The notes under the pieces were generated by a model. It was not told the DNA's origin. It saw nothing but the letters and a program-made list of their open reading frames with translations, and did no database searches. Positions 17,565 to 26,394 of a stretch of 56,036 bases of DNA are shown here, in pieces. How positions within the stretch are numbered: position 1 is the first letter of the stretch; the number at the start of each line of letters is the position of its first letter. Made by a program: the position numbers and the translations under genes. Origin of the DNA: a virus (lineage: Duplodnaviria > Caudoviricetes); IMG/VR virus record IMGVR_UViG_3300002894_000009, positions 1 through 56,036 of that record. One strand, given 5' to 3'.

Positions 17565-18092
17565 ATGAGTGCCAGAAATGCGCCTGCGCCGCAAGTCGAT
17601 CCGTCTTCGGTCGCTGCGGATCAACTGAAAACCATCATCGAGCGTATTGAACGGCTCGAAGATGAGAAGGCCGGCATCGCGGGCGATATCAAGGACGTCT
17701 ACGCGGAGGCCAAGGCGAACGGCTTCGACACGAAGGTCATTCGCAAGATCATCGCCATGCGCAAGCGCGATTACGATGAGCGCATGGAAGAGGAGGCGAT
17801 CCTCGAACTCTACATGCAGGCGCTCGGCATGCTGGCGGATACGCCGCTCGGGCGCGCTGCCGTGGAGCGCGAAGTTCGCTCCAACAACGTCCGGGCCGCA
17901 GCTCGGCGTCGCCCGGCGGATGATGGGCTGAAGGCCGCTGTCGCGGCGTTCGGCAAGTCGGTCCCGCTGACGGATGAAGAGCGCGCGCAGGGTGCCGTTG
18001 CGGCATTCGAGAAGGACGGCCAGCGCTGCTCGATCTCCTTCGGGGCTGGCGCGCAGGTCGATATCGAAGACGCGATCGCGGCGCGGGGCTGA
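17565..18092 (+). CDS. GapR-like (DUF2312) nucleoid-associated protein with C-terminal extension
   Basis: [19 protein letters not shown]...[17 protein letters not shown]...[10 protein letters not shown]. Confidence 0.9.
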   Translation: MSARNAPAPQVDPSSVAADQLKTIIERIERLEDEKAGIAGDIKDVYAEAKANGFDTKVIRKIIAMRKRDYDERMEEEAILELYMQALGMLADTPLGRAAVEREVRSNNVRAAARRRPADDGLKAAVAAFGKSVPLTDEERAQGAVAAFEKDGQRCSISFGAGAQVDIEDAIAARG

Positions 18093-18095
18093 GAC

Positions 18096-18452
18096 ATGGC
18101 CCGCCGCTCCGTCCTCCGCGAATCCGCCATTCAGGCTGCCGTCATCGAGCATTGGAAGACGCTCGGCCTGCCGGACACGCTCGTCGCCGCGATCCCGAAC
18201 GCGGGCGCCCTCGGTCAGCCTGGCCTGACCGCCGGACTGTCCGACCTCCTGGTGCTGGGCGGCATTGTCCGCGTCGGCTTCATCGAGCTGAAGACCACGC
18301 GCGGCGTCGAGAGCGCTGCGCAGCTCACATTCCGGGGGCGATGCGAGCGCCTCGGCATCCCGTGCGTACTCACGCGCGGCCGGGATGAGCCGATCGCGGT
18401 GCTGGAGCAGTGGCGCATCGTTCGCCCGCAGGCCGGGAGGCTCGCGGCATGA
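18096..18452 (+). CDS. VRR-NUC domain nuclease
   Basis: E-x2-IQ...IPN...GLSDL...FIELKT-x2-G...Q PD-(D/E)XK pattern. Confidence 0.8.
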   Translation: MARRSVLRESAIQAAVIEHWKTLGLPDTLVAAIPNAGALGQPGLTAGLSDLLVLGGIVRVGFIELKTTRGVESAAQLTFRGRCERLGIPCVLTRGRDEPIAVLEQWRIVRPQAGRLAA

Positions 18453-19057
18453 GCCCGTTCGTCGGCCTTCCGCAGCGCCATTACGAGGCGGTCGTGATCG
18501 ACCCGCCGTGGCGCTTCTCCGGCGGCACCAAGAGCCGCCCGCAGCACTACGACCGGATGACGCTCGCCGAGGTGAAGGCCTTGCCGATGCGGGATCTGCT
18601 CCGGCCCGAGGGCGGGCGTGTGTTCCTCTGGATCACCGCGCCGCTCCTGCACCGCATCCCGGAGATCGCCCGTGCGTGGCGGCTCCGCTACTCGTCGGCC
18701 ATCCCATGGATCAAGCTCTGGCCGTCCGAGCCGGGCCTGTTCGTCTACGCCTCGTCGGTCGCCCGCGGCACCGGCTTCGAGGTGATGGGGAACGCCGAGT
18801 ACGTGGTGATCCTGAAGGCTGGGCGCCCGCACAGCATCAAGGGCACCCCGTTCTCCGGTGTCTGGATGACGCCGCGCCGGGAGCACTCCCGCAAGCCGCC
18901 GAACCTGCATGAGGAGATCGAGGCCCGGATCCCCGGCCCGTATCTCGAGGTGTTCGCCCGCGCCTCCCGGCCGGGCTGGGACACCTTCGGCAACCAAGCG
19001 ACCAAGTTCGATCCGACGCCGAGCGCGCCGGCCCCTCTCCCGATGGCAGCGGAGTGA
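18449..19057 (+). CDS. MT-A70-family adenine methyltransferase
   Basis: IDPPW catalytic motif, FLW, HSRKP, YLEVFAR, GWD-x-FGN. Confidence 0.9.
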   Translation: MSPFVGLPQRHYEAVVIDPPWRFSGGTKSRPQHYDRMTLAEVKALPMRDLLRPEGGRVFLWITAPLLHRIPEIARAWRLRYSSAIPWIKLWPSEPGLFVYASSVARGTGFEVMGNAEYVVILKAGRPHSIKGTPFSGVWMTPRREHSRKPPNLHEEIEARIPGPYLEVFARASRPGWDTFGNQATKFDPTPSAPAPLPMAAE

Positions 19058-19590
19058 TGTCGATGAGCAAAGGCGGAATCGACCGATTGATTGATCAGGC
19101 GCAGGATCGGCTCGCCGCCCAGATGAGGGCTTTGCACGATCATCGCCTCTCCCGTTTCCCGAGCCCCATCGAGGCGCTGTTCTACTCCTCGCTAACGGCT
19201 GCCGTGCGCTTCCAAGCGGTCCACCCGCGCGGTGAGCACATCATGCCGTTCCTCGACCGCGAGAAGTGGCAGGACACCGACTTCGAGTATCTCACGATCG
19301 CGGCTGAGATGCAGGTCAGGGTGTTGGACTGGCCCGTCGACTTCTTGCTCGGCGTGTCCGACTTCAGCGGCGTCAAGCACTACGCTGTCGTCGAGTGCGA
19401 CGGGCACGATTTCCACGAGCGGACCAAGGAGCAGGCCGCCCGCGACCGGTCGCGTGATCGGCGCCTGCAGGAGGCGGGCTTTCGCGTCTTCAGGTTCACC
19501 GGGTCGGAACTCTACCGGGATCCTCTCGGCTGCGCGGTGGAGGTCCATCGCTGGGCGGAAACCTGCTGGGATGCGGGGCTCCTGTCATGA
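19057..19590 (+). CDS. DUF559/Vsr-like endonuclease domain protein
   Basis: SPIE...VDFL...VVECDGHDFH...RDR-x-RDR-x-LQ-x2-G-x2-VFRFTGSE. Confidence 0.85.
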   Translation: MSMSKGGIDRLIDQAQDRLAAQMRALHDHRLSRFPSPIEALFYSSLTAAVRFQAVHPRGEHIMPFLDREKWQDTDFEYLTIAAEMQVRVLDWPVDFLLGVSDFSGVKHYAVVECDGHDFHERTKEQAARDRSRDRRLQEAGFRVFRFTGSELYRDPLGCAVEVHRWAETCWDAGLLS

Positions 19591-20549
19591 GCACCGATCG
19601 CCTCCCCTGGTTCCGCTGCGGGCCAAGCCGCCTCCTTGGCGCCCTGTCCGGTCTCCAGCCCGATGAGGGCCTGATCTACGTGACCGTGCTCCTCCGGATC
19701 TACGAGTCCGGCGGTCCGATCGCGGACACGGCCCGCACTCTCGCCCGCCGTACGGGCATCACGGAGCGGCGAGCCGGCGCCGCGATCGAGAGTCTCGCTG
19801 AGGCCGGGAAGATCACCCTCATGGGGGACAACCGGATCGACAGCACCTCGACGCACGAGGAGCTGGAATGGCAGCGCGCGCGCAGCCTTGATGCCGCTGC
19901 CGCCGGCCGGATCAGCGGCACGGAGCGTCAGAAAAGAAAAACGCGTGCGAAATTAGCCGCGGCTAAATCGTTCGAAAAACCTCAAAAAAATCAACGAAGC
20001 GAGCCAACGGACGTTGAGCGTGCGTTGGGAGATAGAGAAGAAGATTTAGAAGAAGAGTCTCCCCCTCCCGCCCGTGCGACCCCGCTCTCGAAGCGCTGGA
20101 CGCCGGATGCCGAGGATGAGGCGACTGCACTCGCCAAGGGCATGCCCGCGGCGGTGATCGCCAGCGAGGGGGAACGGTTCCGGGCTTGGAACCGCGAGCG
20201 CAACTTCTGCTCGTTCGACTGGCGCGAATCCTGGTCGAAGTGGTGCGACCGCTACCGACCCGACCGTCGCCTGCTCCCGCCCCCGCACCGGAGCAATCCC
20301 ACCGGCCTCGCTGGCCGTGTCGTCCGCCTCTACGAGCGCTCCCTGGAAGGGCCCTACGATGTCGAGCCGCCTGCCGTCGATGCGAACTCTCCCGACGCTG
20401 AGCCAAGCCGAGGCGAAGATCTCGGCCTTGCATGGCAGGCTGGCTCCGGTGGACGGCCAACCAACCCGCTTCTGCGTGCCGCGGGCTTTGGCGGCCACGA
20501 CAGCGGAGCGTCACGCGCTCTCCGACGTCGCCGCGCGGGTGACGGCTGA
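19587..20549 (+). CDS. Replication initiator (DUF1376/YdaU-like)
   Basis: LPWF...L-x3-E-x2-IY-x2-LL-x2-IY-x2-GGP N-terminus; A-rich central linker; DnaT-like C-terminal domain (F-x2-W...DW-x3-W-x2-W). Confidence 0.75.
   Translation: MSTDRLPWFRCGPSRLLGALSGLQPDEGLIYVTVLLRIYESGGPIADTARTLARRTGITERRAGAAIESLAEAGKITLMGDNRIDSTSTHEELEWQRARSLDAAAAGRISGTERQKRKTRAKLAAAKSFEKPQKNQRSEPTDVERALGDREEDLEEESPPPARATPLSKRWTPDAEDEATALAKGMPAAVIASEGERFRAWNRERNFCSFDWRESWSKWCDRYRPDRRLLPPPHRSNPTGLAGRVVRLYERSLEGPYDVEPPAVDANSPDAEPSRGEDLGLAWQAGSGGRPTNPLLRAAGFGGHDSGASRALRRRRAGDG
19930..20060. other. Candidate replication origin within initiator gene
   Basis: A-tracts, 14-bp palindrome TTAGCCGCGGCTAA (19953-19966), CAACG/CGTTG repeats. 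Confidence 0.45.
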
Positions 20550-21105
20550 ACTCGCCCCCAGCAAGCAGCGCGACCACGTCGATGCGATGGTCAGCCGGGT
20601 GCTGCTCGGATTCGAGCAGGGGCGCGGGCGTGGTGCGGACGAGGAGGAGGTTCTCGTCTCGGAGTACATCGCGGCCCTGAAGGATCTCCCGCTCGCCGGC
20701 ATCCACGGGGCGGCCGAGCGCTTCCGGAACGGCCAGACCCTGTTGCCCTGGTCCCGACGCTGGCGCCCATCGCCTGCCGAGTTCGCGGCGGAGGTCCGCG
20801 AGGGCCTGATCCCGCTGCGGGCGAAGCTCGTCCACATCCGACAGATCCTCGATGCGGAGGTCTACGACCCGCCCACCGACGAGGACCGGGCGAAGGTCGC
20901 GGAGATCGCGGCGTCGTGGCTGAACCGGGGAGGCGATGCCGAGCCGGGGCGCCCTCGTCCGTCGCCGGAAGCCGTCGCCGCCGCCCGTGAAGACGTGCTG
21001 CACGAGCACGGCGCCAAGTTTCGCGAGGTCGCCGTCGGGTCGCTCGCGCAGCTCGCCGCGCGGCTCGATGCCAAGGCGGCGGCGCATCGGGAGCAGGTGC
21101 CGTGA
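20359..21105 (+). CDS. Putative helicase-loader-like replication protein
   Basis: Y-x2-AL-x2-LP...W-x-PSPAEF motif; follows and overlaps the initiator. Confidence 0.55.
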   Translation: MSSRLPSMRTLPTLSQAEAKISALHGRLAPVDGQPTRFCVPRALAATTAERHALSDVAARVTAELAPSKQRDHVDAMVSRVLLGFEQGRGRGADEEEVLVSEYIAALKDLPLAGIHGAAERFRNGQTLLPWSRRWRPSPAEFAAEVREGLIPLRAKLVHIRQILDAEVYDPPTDEDRAKVAEIAASWLNRGGDAEPGRPRPSPEAVAAAREDVLHEHGAKFREVAVGSLAQLAARLDAKAAAHREQVP

Positions 21106-21455
21106 GTGCCGCCCTCGCTCTGACCGATTCCGCTCGCCTCGTCGCCTCTTGGCGGGCCGGCGTGCTCAGCCTGCCGGACGACCGCGTGCCCTGCCCCGGC
21201 ATGATCTGGATTGAGCCGGGCCCGGCCGCCGCCGACTTCGGATGGAGCACGGAAGCGTTGTTCGGCGTCCACCGGCTTGCGGGCGCCTCGCGCGCCGACT
21301 GCACCGGCACCCTCGTCACCGTCTACCCGCGCCGCTGCATCGCCCTGTGCGAGCGCGAGATCCACCTCGACCGCATCGGCGGCTCCGTCGTCGTTGATCG
21401 CCGGCCCGCAGTCATCCCGCCGGATTGCGTGCCGATCTGGATGTTCGGGAAGTGA
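21102..21455 (+). CDS. Hypothetical protein
   Basis: GTGA coupling; GWS-x2-ALFG motif. Confidence 0.55.
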   Translation: MSAALALTDSARLVASWRAGVLSLPDDRVPCPGMIWIEPGPAAADFGWSTEALFGVHRLAGASRADCTGTLVTVYPRRCIALCEREIHLDRIGGSVVVDRRPAVIPPDCVPIWMFGK

Positions 21456-21465
21456 GGAGAGCACG

Positions 21466-21720
21466 ATGCGCGGTGGTAGCGAGATCGAGCCAGTGTTCCT
21501 GTCTGGCGATGCAGACTATGGGTCAGACAGGCTGGAGGCCTACTGCAGGGGCGGTCGAATGACCGTCGAGATTGAATCGCCTTGGATGGGCGACAGCGAG
21601 ACAGGTTTCGGCCGCTCATGCTCCATCGGGTTGAGCTTGGATGGCGCTGAGTCCCTCGCGCGTTGGATGCTGGCAACCGTTGAATGCGCGCGCCGCACCG
21701 GCGAACCAGTCGAAAATTGA
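21466..21720 (+). CDS. Hypothetical protein
   Basis: GAGGAG SD before ATG 21466. Confidence 0.6.
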   Translation: MRGGSEIEPVFLSGDADYGSDRLEAYCRGGRMTVEIESPWMGDSETGFGRSCSIGLSLDGAESLARWMLATVECARRTGEPVEN

Positions 21721-21917
21721 CGTCGTGTCCGTCGTCCTGATCCTGTTCCTGTCCAGCGCTACGCCCAGCGCCGACTATTCGATCGCGTCCGAGTCGTTCC
21801 CAACGATGCAGACCTGCGAGGCGGCCGGCCGGGCGGAGCAGTCGCGCCGCCGTGGCCGGGTCGTGCTCTGGGCGTGCGTGACGCGGGCGCCGGGCTGAAG
21901 GTCATCGCTGGAGCCTG

Positions 21918-22304
21918 ATGCTCGCGCCTCCGGAAGGACCTGACCCGCCCCAGCGCTCCGCTACCCCGTGGACCCGCGCCGACGTCGAACTGTGGCTGAA
22001 GGCGGCATTCCGCGCGATGCCCTCGACCCCGATCTATGCCCCGCGCGGCAACACGCTCCATGCGGCGGCCGGCGACGTGCCTGACGCGACCTTCGATATC
22101 GTCGCCTTCTCCGGCACCGTGCTCGGCGATAAAAGCGAGGATCGGCAGGTGGTGCTTCTCTGGGCCCGCTCGATGGCGACGCACGGGGAGGTCGGCGGAT
22201 CGATCGCCGAGTTCTGCCGGCGCACCAGGTGGTCGCGCGCCACCTTCGACCGGCGCCGCATCAAGGCCTGCGAGCGGATCGCAGCAGCGAAGAATACGAC
22301 CTGA
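21918..22304 (+). CDS. Putative late-gene regulator with C-terminal HTH (DUF6362-like)
   Basis: WT-x3-V-x2-WL-x2-AF-x2-MP N-terminus; SIAEFCRRTRWSRATFDRR HTH. Confidence 0.55.
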   Translation: MLAPPEGPDPPQRSATPWTRADVELWLKAAFRAMPSTPIYAPRGNTLHAAAGDVPDATFDIVAFSGTVLGDKSEDRQVVLLWARSMATHGEVGGSIAEFCRRTRWSRATFDRRRIKACERIAAAKNTT

Positions 22305-22410
22305 GGCAGTGTCGCGCTGCAATTATTCCTCTTGACTGTGAGGAAACGGACAATCGACCCATGATCTTGTCGGCGCCCAGAACGGTTGCGCCACTTCCGA
22401 GGTCTGGCTC

Positions 22411-23034
22411 GTGTCCGTCGCCGCTTCGTCCATCTCAATTTCCGCCAGCAAGAAGAGCCGCCGCGCGGCCTCCTCGCGGCGTCCGCTCCCGCGCCTTGCC
22501 AGCGATCGCGAGATCGTCGTCGGCCGCGCCAACGTCCCCGACCCGTTCGAGCCGGGCGCATACCGGGAAGTCGCGATCAACCGCCGCGTCGATGTCCTGG
22601 CGCAAGAGCTTGCGGGCAAGCGCATCGAGCGCGCCGAGTTCGAGGTCGGCCGCATGGTCCAGGCCGTGTTCGAGCGGGGCTCCGGCGCCCGGCTCGGCTC
22701 CGGTGGCTGGAATGCCGGCGGCTCCCGTGACCAGACCATCGCGCATGAGCTGGCGATTATCTACGCCATCGACGACGCCGAACGGGTCCGCAAGTTCACG
22801 GCCCGGCTCGAGCAGGCGATCGGCGGTGTGGGCGTCCATTTCCTCCGCGCCATCCTCGCCGAGGGGCAGACGTTCTCCGCCTATGCCGCGCGCACCGGCA
22901 AAGGATCGGGCGAGCGGGCCGCGACCGACGTGGCGAAGCGCTTCCGCTGGCTGCTGGAATCCCTGACCGACCAGCAACACACCGCGACCGGGGCTGAAGG
23001 GCAGCGCATCCGGGCGACGCGGGAGCCGGCATAA
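22411..23034 (+). CDS. Putative antiterminator Q-like/late regulator (DUF6456-like)
   Basis: Last early gene before the first late-promoter motif; L-x3-RI-x3-EF-x2-G...EGQTF helical pattern. Confidence 0.55.
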   Translation: MSVAASSISISASKKSRRAASSRRPLPRLASDREIVVGRANVPDPFEPGAYREVAINRRVDVLAQELAGKRIERAEFEVGRMVQAVFERGSGARLGSGGWNAGGSRDQTIAHELAIIYAIDDAERVRKFTARLEQAIGGVGVHFLRAILAEGQTFSAYAARTGKGSGERAATDVAKRFRWLLESLTDQQHTATGAEGQRIRATREPA

Positions 23035-23071
23035 CTGACCTAGGCCCCTGCTCCATCTACCTGATGCGAAG

Positions 23072-23842
23072 TTATGGGTTGTCGGCCATCCACTTCTCCA
23101 CCACCGCTCGCCGATAGCTGTCCTCGCCCGAGAGAAAGGCGGAGAGTAGAACAGGCACTTTGTTAGTCGATACGGCTGTTCGCATCTCCGCTTCGAGTTG
23201 GGTGGCCATCCTCTTGAGTTGACTTCGGCCCGGCTCTTCAACGTATTGCAATCCGCCGTTTTGGTGCATCGATAGAGCAAAGTTTGCGAATTTGAACCTG
23301 CTGGCAGACTTGGCCAGATCCCCCCCATCCAGCGCTTTTGACGCCTCCGCGTTATTGGAAAGCAAATCGTTGTTGACCCGACTGTTTCTCAACTGCACCC
23401 ATAAAATCGCGGATCGAAAGGCGAGCATGTCGTCAAATTTCTGGCGAGCTTCCGCAAATTCGTAAGTCGGACCGTTGATCTTCCGTAAGAGTTTGTCGAT
23501 CTCAGATGCGGAGGACAGTACCTCTTCGGCTGGGGTCAGGCCGATCATGATGCTGTTTCCAAGCGATATGTAGGATTGAACCGCAAACGTCTCGGATATT
23601 GATTTTATTTCGGTGAGAACATCTCTCGCATTTCGGACCTGATCTCTGATGCGCGTTTCCAGGCCCCATCCTTTGAAAACCTCAATATTTGGCAGGGCGG
23701 TCAAGAGAAATAGCACTGTGGAGAATGTGCCGAGTGTTCGCGCAGAGGCGTTGTTTTGACGGATAGCCATCACGATTGTGGCTGCGGATGCTAGCGTGGC
23801 GAGCGCCAGCAGCATCACCGATGTGGTTGTCTCGATCGTCAT
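23072..23842 (-). CDS. Counter-oriented moron: membrane protein with two N-terminal TM helices
   Basis: Visibly lower GC than flanks; hydrophobic N-terminus then FKGWGLETR and a helical domain. Confidence 0.75.
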   Translation of the reverse strand: MTIETTTSVMLLALATLASAATIVMAIRQNNASARTLGTFSTVLFLLTALPNIEVFKGWGLETRIRDQVRNARDVLTEIKSISETFAVQSYISLGNSIMIGLTPAEEVLSSASEIDKLLRKINGPTYEFAEARQKFDDMLAFRSAILWVQLRNSRVNNDLLSNNAEASKALDGGDLAKSASRFKFANFALSMHQNGGLQYVEEPGRSQLKRMATQLEAEMRTAVSTNKVPVLLSAFLSGEDSYRRAVVEKWMADNP

Positions 23843-23894
23843 GCCGATGGTGTATCCGAAGGGGCTGCGAGGCAGAGGATAGCCTGAACGCGGA

Positions 23895-23944
23895 TTGACC
23901 CGACGGGCAATCCCTGCCAAATCCACAGTGTCGCGAGACGCGCG
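23895..23944 (+). promoter_or_regulatory. Late-promoter motif copy 1
   Basis: TTGACCCGACGGGCAA-N19-GTCGCGAGACGCGCG. Confidence 0.7.
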
Positions 23945-23973
23945 CCCGGGGCCTCACCGCCGCCGGGCGTTTT
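23943..23973 (+). terminator. Promoter-proximal intrinsic terminator (tR'-like)
   Basis: CGCCCGG...CCGGGCG stem followed by TTTT. Confidence 0.55.
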
Positions 23974-24069
23974 GCTGTCCGCTCCCCTCCATCACATCGC
24001 GAACCGCCCACCGGCTTAAGCGTTGCTCCGGCAGACGCGGGCGGACCCTTGTGCCATGATCGGCCCCCG

Positions 24070-24321
24070 ATGAGCGCGCACGCCACACTCACGGCGATCG
24101 AGCAGGAGGCCCGCGCCTTCTGCCGTCGGCGCTTCCGCGATCAAGCCGAGTACCTCGAAGCGAAGGACGCGCACTGCAAGCGCATCCTCGCACTCGTGAG
24201 CAAGGGCCGGCGTCAGGTCGGCATTCCCGAAATGCTGAGCTTCGGCACCGGCCGGCGCACCTATGGCGGGCGGTCGTTCAGCGTCGAGCTGCGGATGCCG
24301 CGGGCTCGGAAGGCGGCCTGA
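24070..24321 (+). CDS. Basic hypothetical protein upstream of serine recombinase
   Basis: 83 aa ORF. Confidence 0.6.
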   Translation: MSAHATLTAIEQEARAFCRRRFRDQAEYLEAKDAHCKRILALVSKGRRQVGIPEMLSFGTGRRTYGGRSFSVELRMPRARKAA

Positions 24322-24344
24322 TCCGACCCCGTTTTATGGCGATT

Positions 24345-24368
24345 TCACCATTCTCAAGAGAATGGTGA
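24345..24368. repeat. Perfect 11-2-11 inverted repeat, candidate serine-recombinase crossover or binding site
   Basis: TCACCATTCTC-AA-GAGAATGGTGA, 50 bp upstream of the recombinase start. Confidence 0.7.
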
Positions 24369-24418
24369 CAAAAGCAGCCCCACGGCGCGAATAACGCAGC
24401 AAAAACAAGGGTTTACAG

Positions 24419-25267
24419 GTGGTTTCTGGCTCGCGTCGCGTGGGCCGCCTGAAGGCCCGGAATAAAATCCAGGTCGATGCCCGCGCTGCGATCGCCACCA
24501 AGGCGGTCGCCTACATCCGGGTCTCGACCGAGGAGCAGGCGGCCACCGGCCACGGCCTCGAAACGCAGGACAAGGCGGTCCGCGCCTTCGCCGAAAGCCA
24601 GGGTTACGAGATGATCGACGTGATCGGCGATCCCGGCGTGTCGGGTGCGACCCGTCCGGCGGAGCGTCCGGGCTTCGGCCGCATCCTCGAACTGGCAGCG
24701 GCCGGCGCCTTCACGGTGCTGCTGGTCTACAAGTTCGATCGGCTCGCCCGCGAGATCCGCTACGCGGTCACCACCGTGTCGGATCTGGCGGAACAGCACG
24801 ACGTGGTGATCCGGTCGGTAACCGAGCCGATCGACACGGCGACCCCGATGGGGCGCACACTGTTCGCGATCCTCGCCGGCATGGCGGAGAACGAGCGCTT
24901 CGCGATCCGGGACCGGACGGCAGGCGGTCGCCTCACCAAGGCGGACAAGGGCGGATTTGCGGGCGGTCGGGCGCCCTACGGCTACCGGCGCGGCACCGAG
25001 GGCGGTCTCGTCGTGGTGCCGGAGGAAGCCCGGATCGTCCGGCGCATCTACCAAGAGCGGCGACGGAAGCGGACCCTGCGGGCCATCGCCGACGATCTGA
25101 ACCGCGACGGCATCCCGTCGCCCGGCGGCGCAGTCTGGCACCCGTACCGGGTCGGCTACGTCATCGACAACCCGAAATACCGCGGCGCCGTCGAGTACCT
25201 GTTCCGGTGGAGCGGGGTCGAGACGCACGTCCTCCAGCCGGGCGCACACGCCGCGATCATAGGCTGA
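24419..25267 (+). CDS. Serine recombinase (catalytic plus recombinase domain, no zinc ribbon)
   Basis: AYIRVSTEEQ catalytic Ser, DPGVSG, RPGF, DRLAR, APYGY, IADDLN-x2-G, NPKYRG. Confidence 0.93.
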   Translation: MVSGSRRVGRLKARNKIQVDARAAIATKAVAYIRVSTEEQAATGHGLETQDKAVRAFAESQGYEMIDVIGDPGVSGATRPAERPGFGRILELAAAGAFTVLLVYKFDRLAREIRYAVTTVSDLAEQHDVVIRSVTEPIDTATPMGRTLFAILAGMAENERFAIRDRTAGGRLTKADKGGFAGGRAPYGYRRGTEGGLVVVPEEARIVRRIYQERRRKRTLRAIADDLNRDGIPSPGGAVWHPYRVGYVIDNPKYRGAVEYLFRWSGVETHVLQPGAHAAIIG

Positions 25268-25280
25268 CGGAGCAACCCCG

Positions 25281-25427
25281 ATGACCCGTTCCCAGCGCGC
25301 CGCCCTCGTCGAGATGACGAGCGCGATCCTCAAGTGTGACTGCGCCTCCCCCGAGATGCGCGCCCGCGCCTCGAACCTGCGGCTCCGTCTGAGCCTCGGC
25401 GCTGTTCTCGGCGGCATCTTCGCCTGA
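25281..25427 (+). CDS. Small hypothetical protein (48 aa)
   Basis: GGAG SD; TGATG-coupled to next gene. Confidence 0.5.
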   Translation: MTRSQRAALVEMTSAILKCDCASPEMRARASNLRLRLSLGAVLGGIFA

Positions 25428-25675
25428 TGACCGACAGCCTCGTGCCCCGCGACGAGGCGATCAGCCTCGGCCGCATCGAGCCCGCCGCCTCCACCTATGG
25501 CGCCCATCTGCGCGACCCCGGCGCCATTCGCCGCGAGGTCGCTCGGGTCCGTGCGCTGATGGACGGCCGCGGCCTGCCGGCGGCAACGCCCATGCTCGTC
25601 ACCACGCCCGCCGATGATGTCGCCGCCGATGCGGCGGAGGTGCGCCGGGCGGTTCTCACGAGGTTCCGGCTGTGA
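25427..25675 (+). CDS. Hypothetical protein
   Basis: 82 aa, coupled. Confidence 0.55.
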   Translation: MTDSLVPRDEAISLGRIEPAASTYGAHLRDPGAIRREVARVRALMDGRGLPAATPMLVTTPADDVAADAAEVRRAVLTRFRL

Positions 25676-25839
25676 AGAAGAAGAAGCTGACCTTCGGGCA
25701 GAAGCTGATCCAGGCCGCCCGCGAGGCCGTCGCCATCGCCCGCGGCGAGGCCGATCCGAGCACGTATCGCGTCTACCTCGTCGAGAGCGGTCGCGTGATC
25801 CGCTCCGGCCGCGTGCTCAGCAATGGGTCCGGACGCTGA
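25672..25839 (+). CDS. 55-aa peptide resembling the N-terminal toxin-binding segment of HigA-type antitoxins
   Basis: Read manually: MKKKKLTFGQKLIQAAREAVAIARGEADPSTYRVYLVESGRVIRSGRVLSNGSGR; GTGA and TGATG coupling. Confidence 0.6.
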   Translation: MKKKKLTFGQKLIQAAREAVAIARGEADPSTYRVYLVESGRVIRSGRVLSNGSGR

Positions 25840-26086
25840 TGCCCCGCCTCGTCGCCCTCCTCGTGCTGGCCGGCGTCGCCGTGGCTGCCGTCGGCCGCCG
25901 CCCGGCCCGGCCAGCGCCGGTCTTCGTGTTCCCGCTGTCGCGCACGGCGCACTGATGAACCGGCTCCACGTCTTGGTCGCTCTCGCTGTCGGCCTCGTCC
26001 TGGCGCTTGAGGCGCTCAGTTGGCGGGAGTGCCGGCAGGTCGGCCACAGCGTCGGCTACTGCGTCCTGAACATCGGGCACCGCTGA
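25839..26086 (+). CDS. Two tiny coupled membrane or secreted ORFs (25839-25955 and 25955-26086)
   Basis: TGATG coupling; hydrophobic N-termini. Confidence 0.45.
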
Positions 26087-26394
26087 TGACCCGCACCGCC
26101 GATCCCCGTCCGCCGCGGTTCGACCGCGCGTGGCTCCTCTTCGGCGTGGTGCCGCTGGTCGTGCTGCTCGCGGCCCCGCGCCCGTCGATTGCCGCCGACG
26201 GCTTCCTCGCGGTCGCCCTCGCCTGCCCGGCCGGCATCGAGGCGCCCGCCTGCTCGCGTGAGAACGCGACCGACATGCTGGTGCAGCCCGCCGGCCCCTT
26301 CGACTGCCTCAAGGTCGGCGAGGTCCTGGCCACCCATCTCGGCCTCGCGCCGGGCGAGCGGCACAAGATCGTCTGCGAGCGGCGGAAGGGCTAA
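26086..26394 (+). CDS. Secreted or membrane-anchored protein with four Cys
   Basis: TM helix then C...C...C...C; coupled. Confidence 0.6.
   Translation: MTRTADPRPPRFDRAWLLFGVVPLVVLLAAPRPSIAADGFLAVALACPAGIEAPACSRENATDMLVQPAGPFDCLKVGEVLATHLGLAPGERHKIVCERRKG

Noticed and set aside
24070-25267. IS607-like insertion sequence
   Set aside because: No N-terminal MerR-type HTH, no TnpB, no element ends; a C-terminal recombinase domain is present instead
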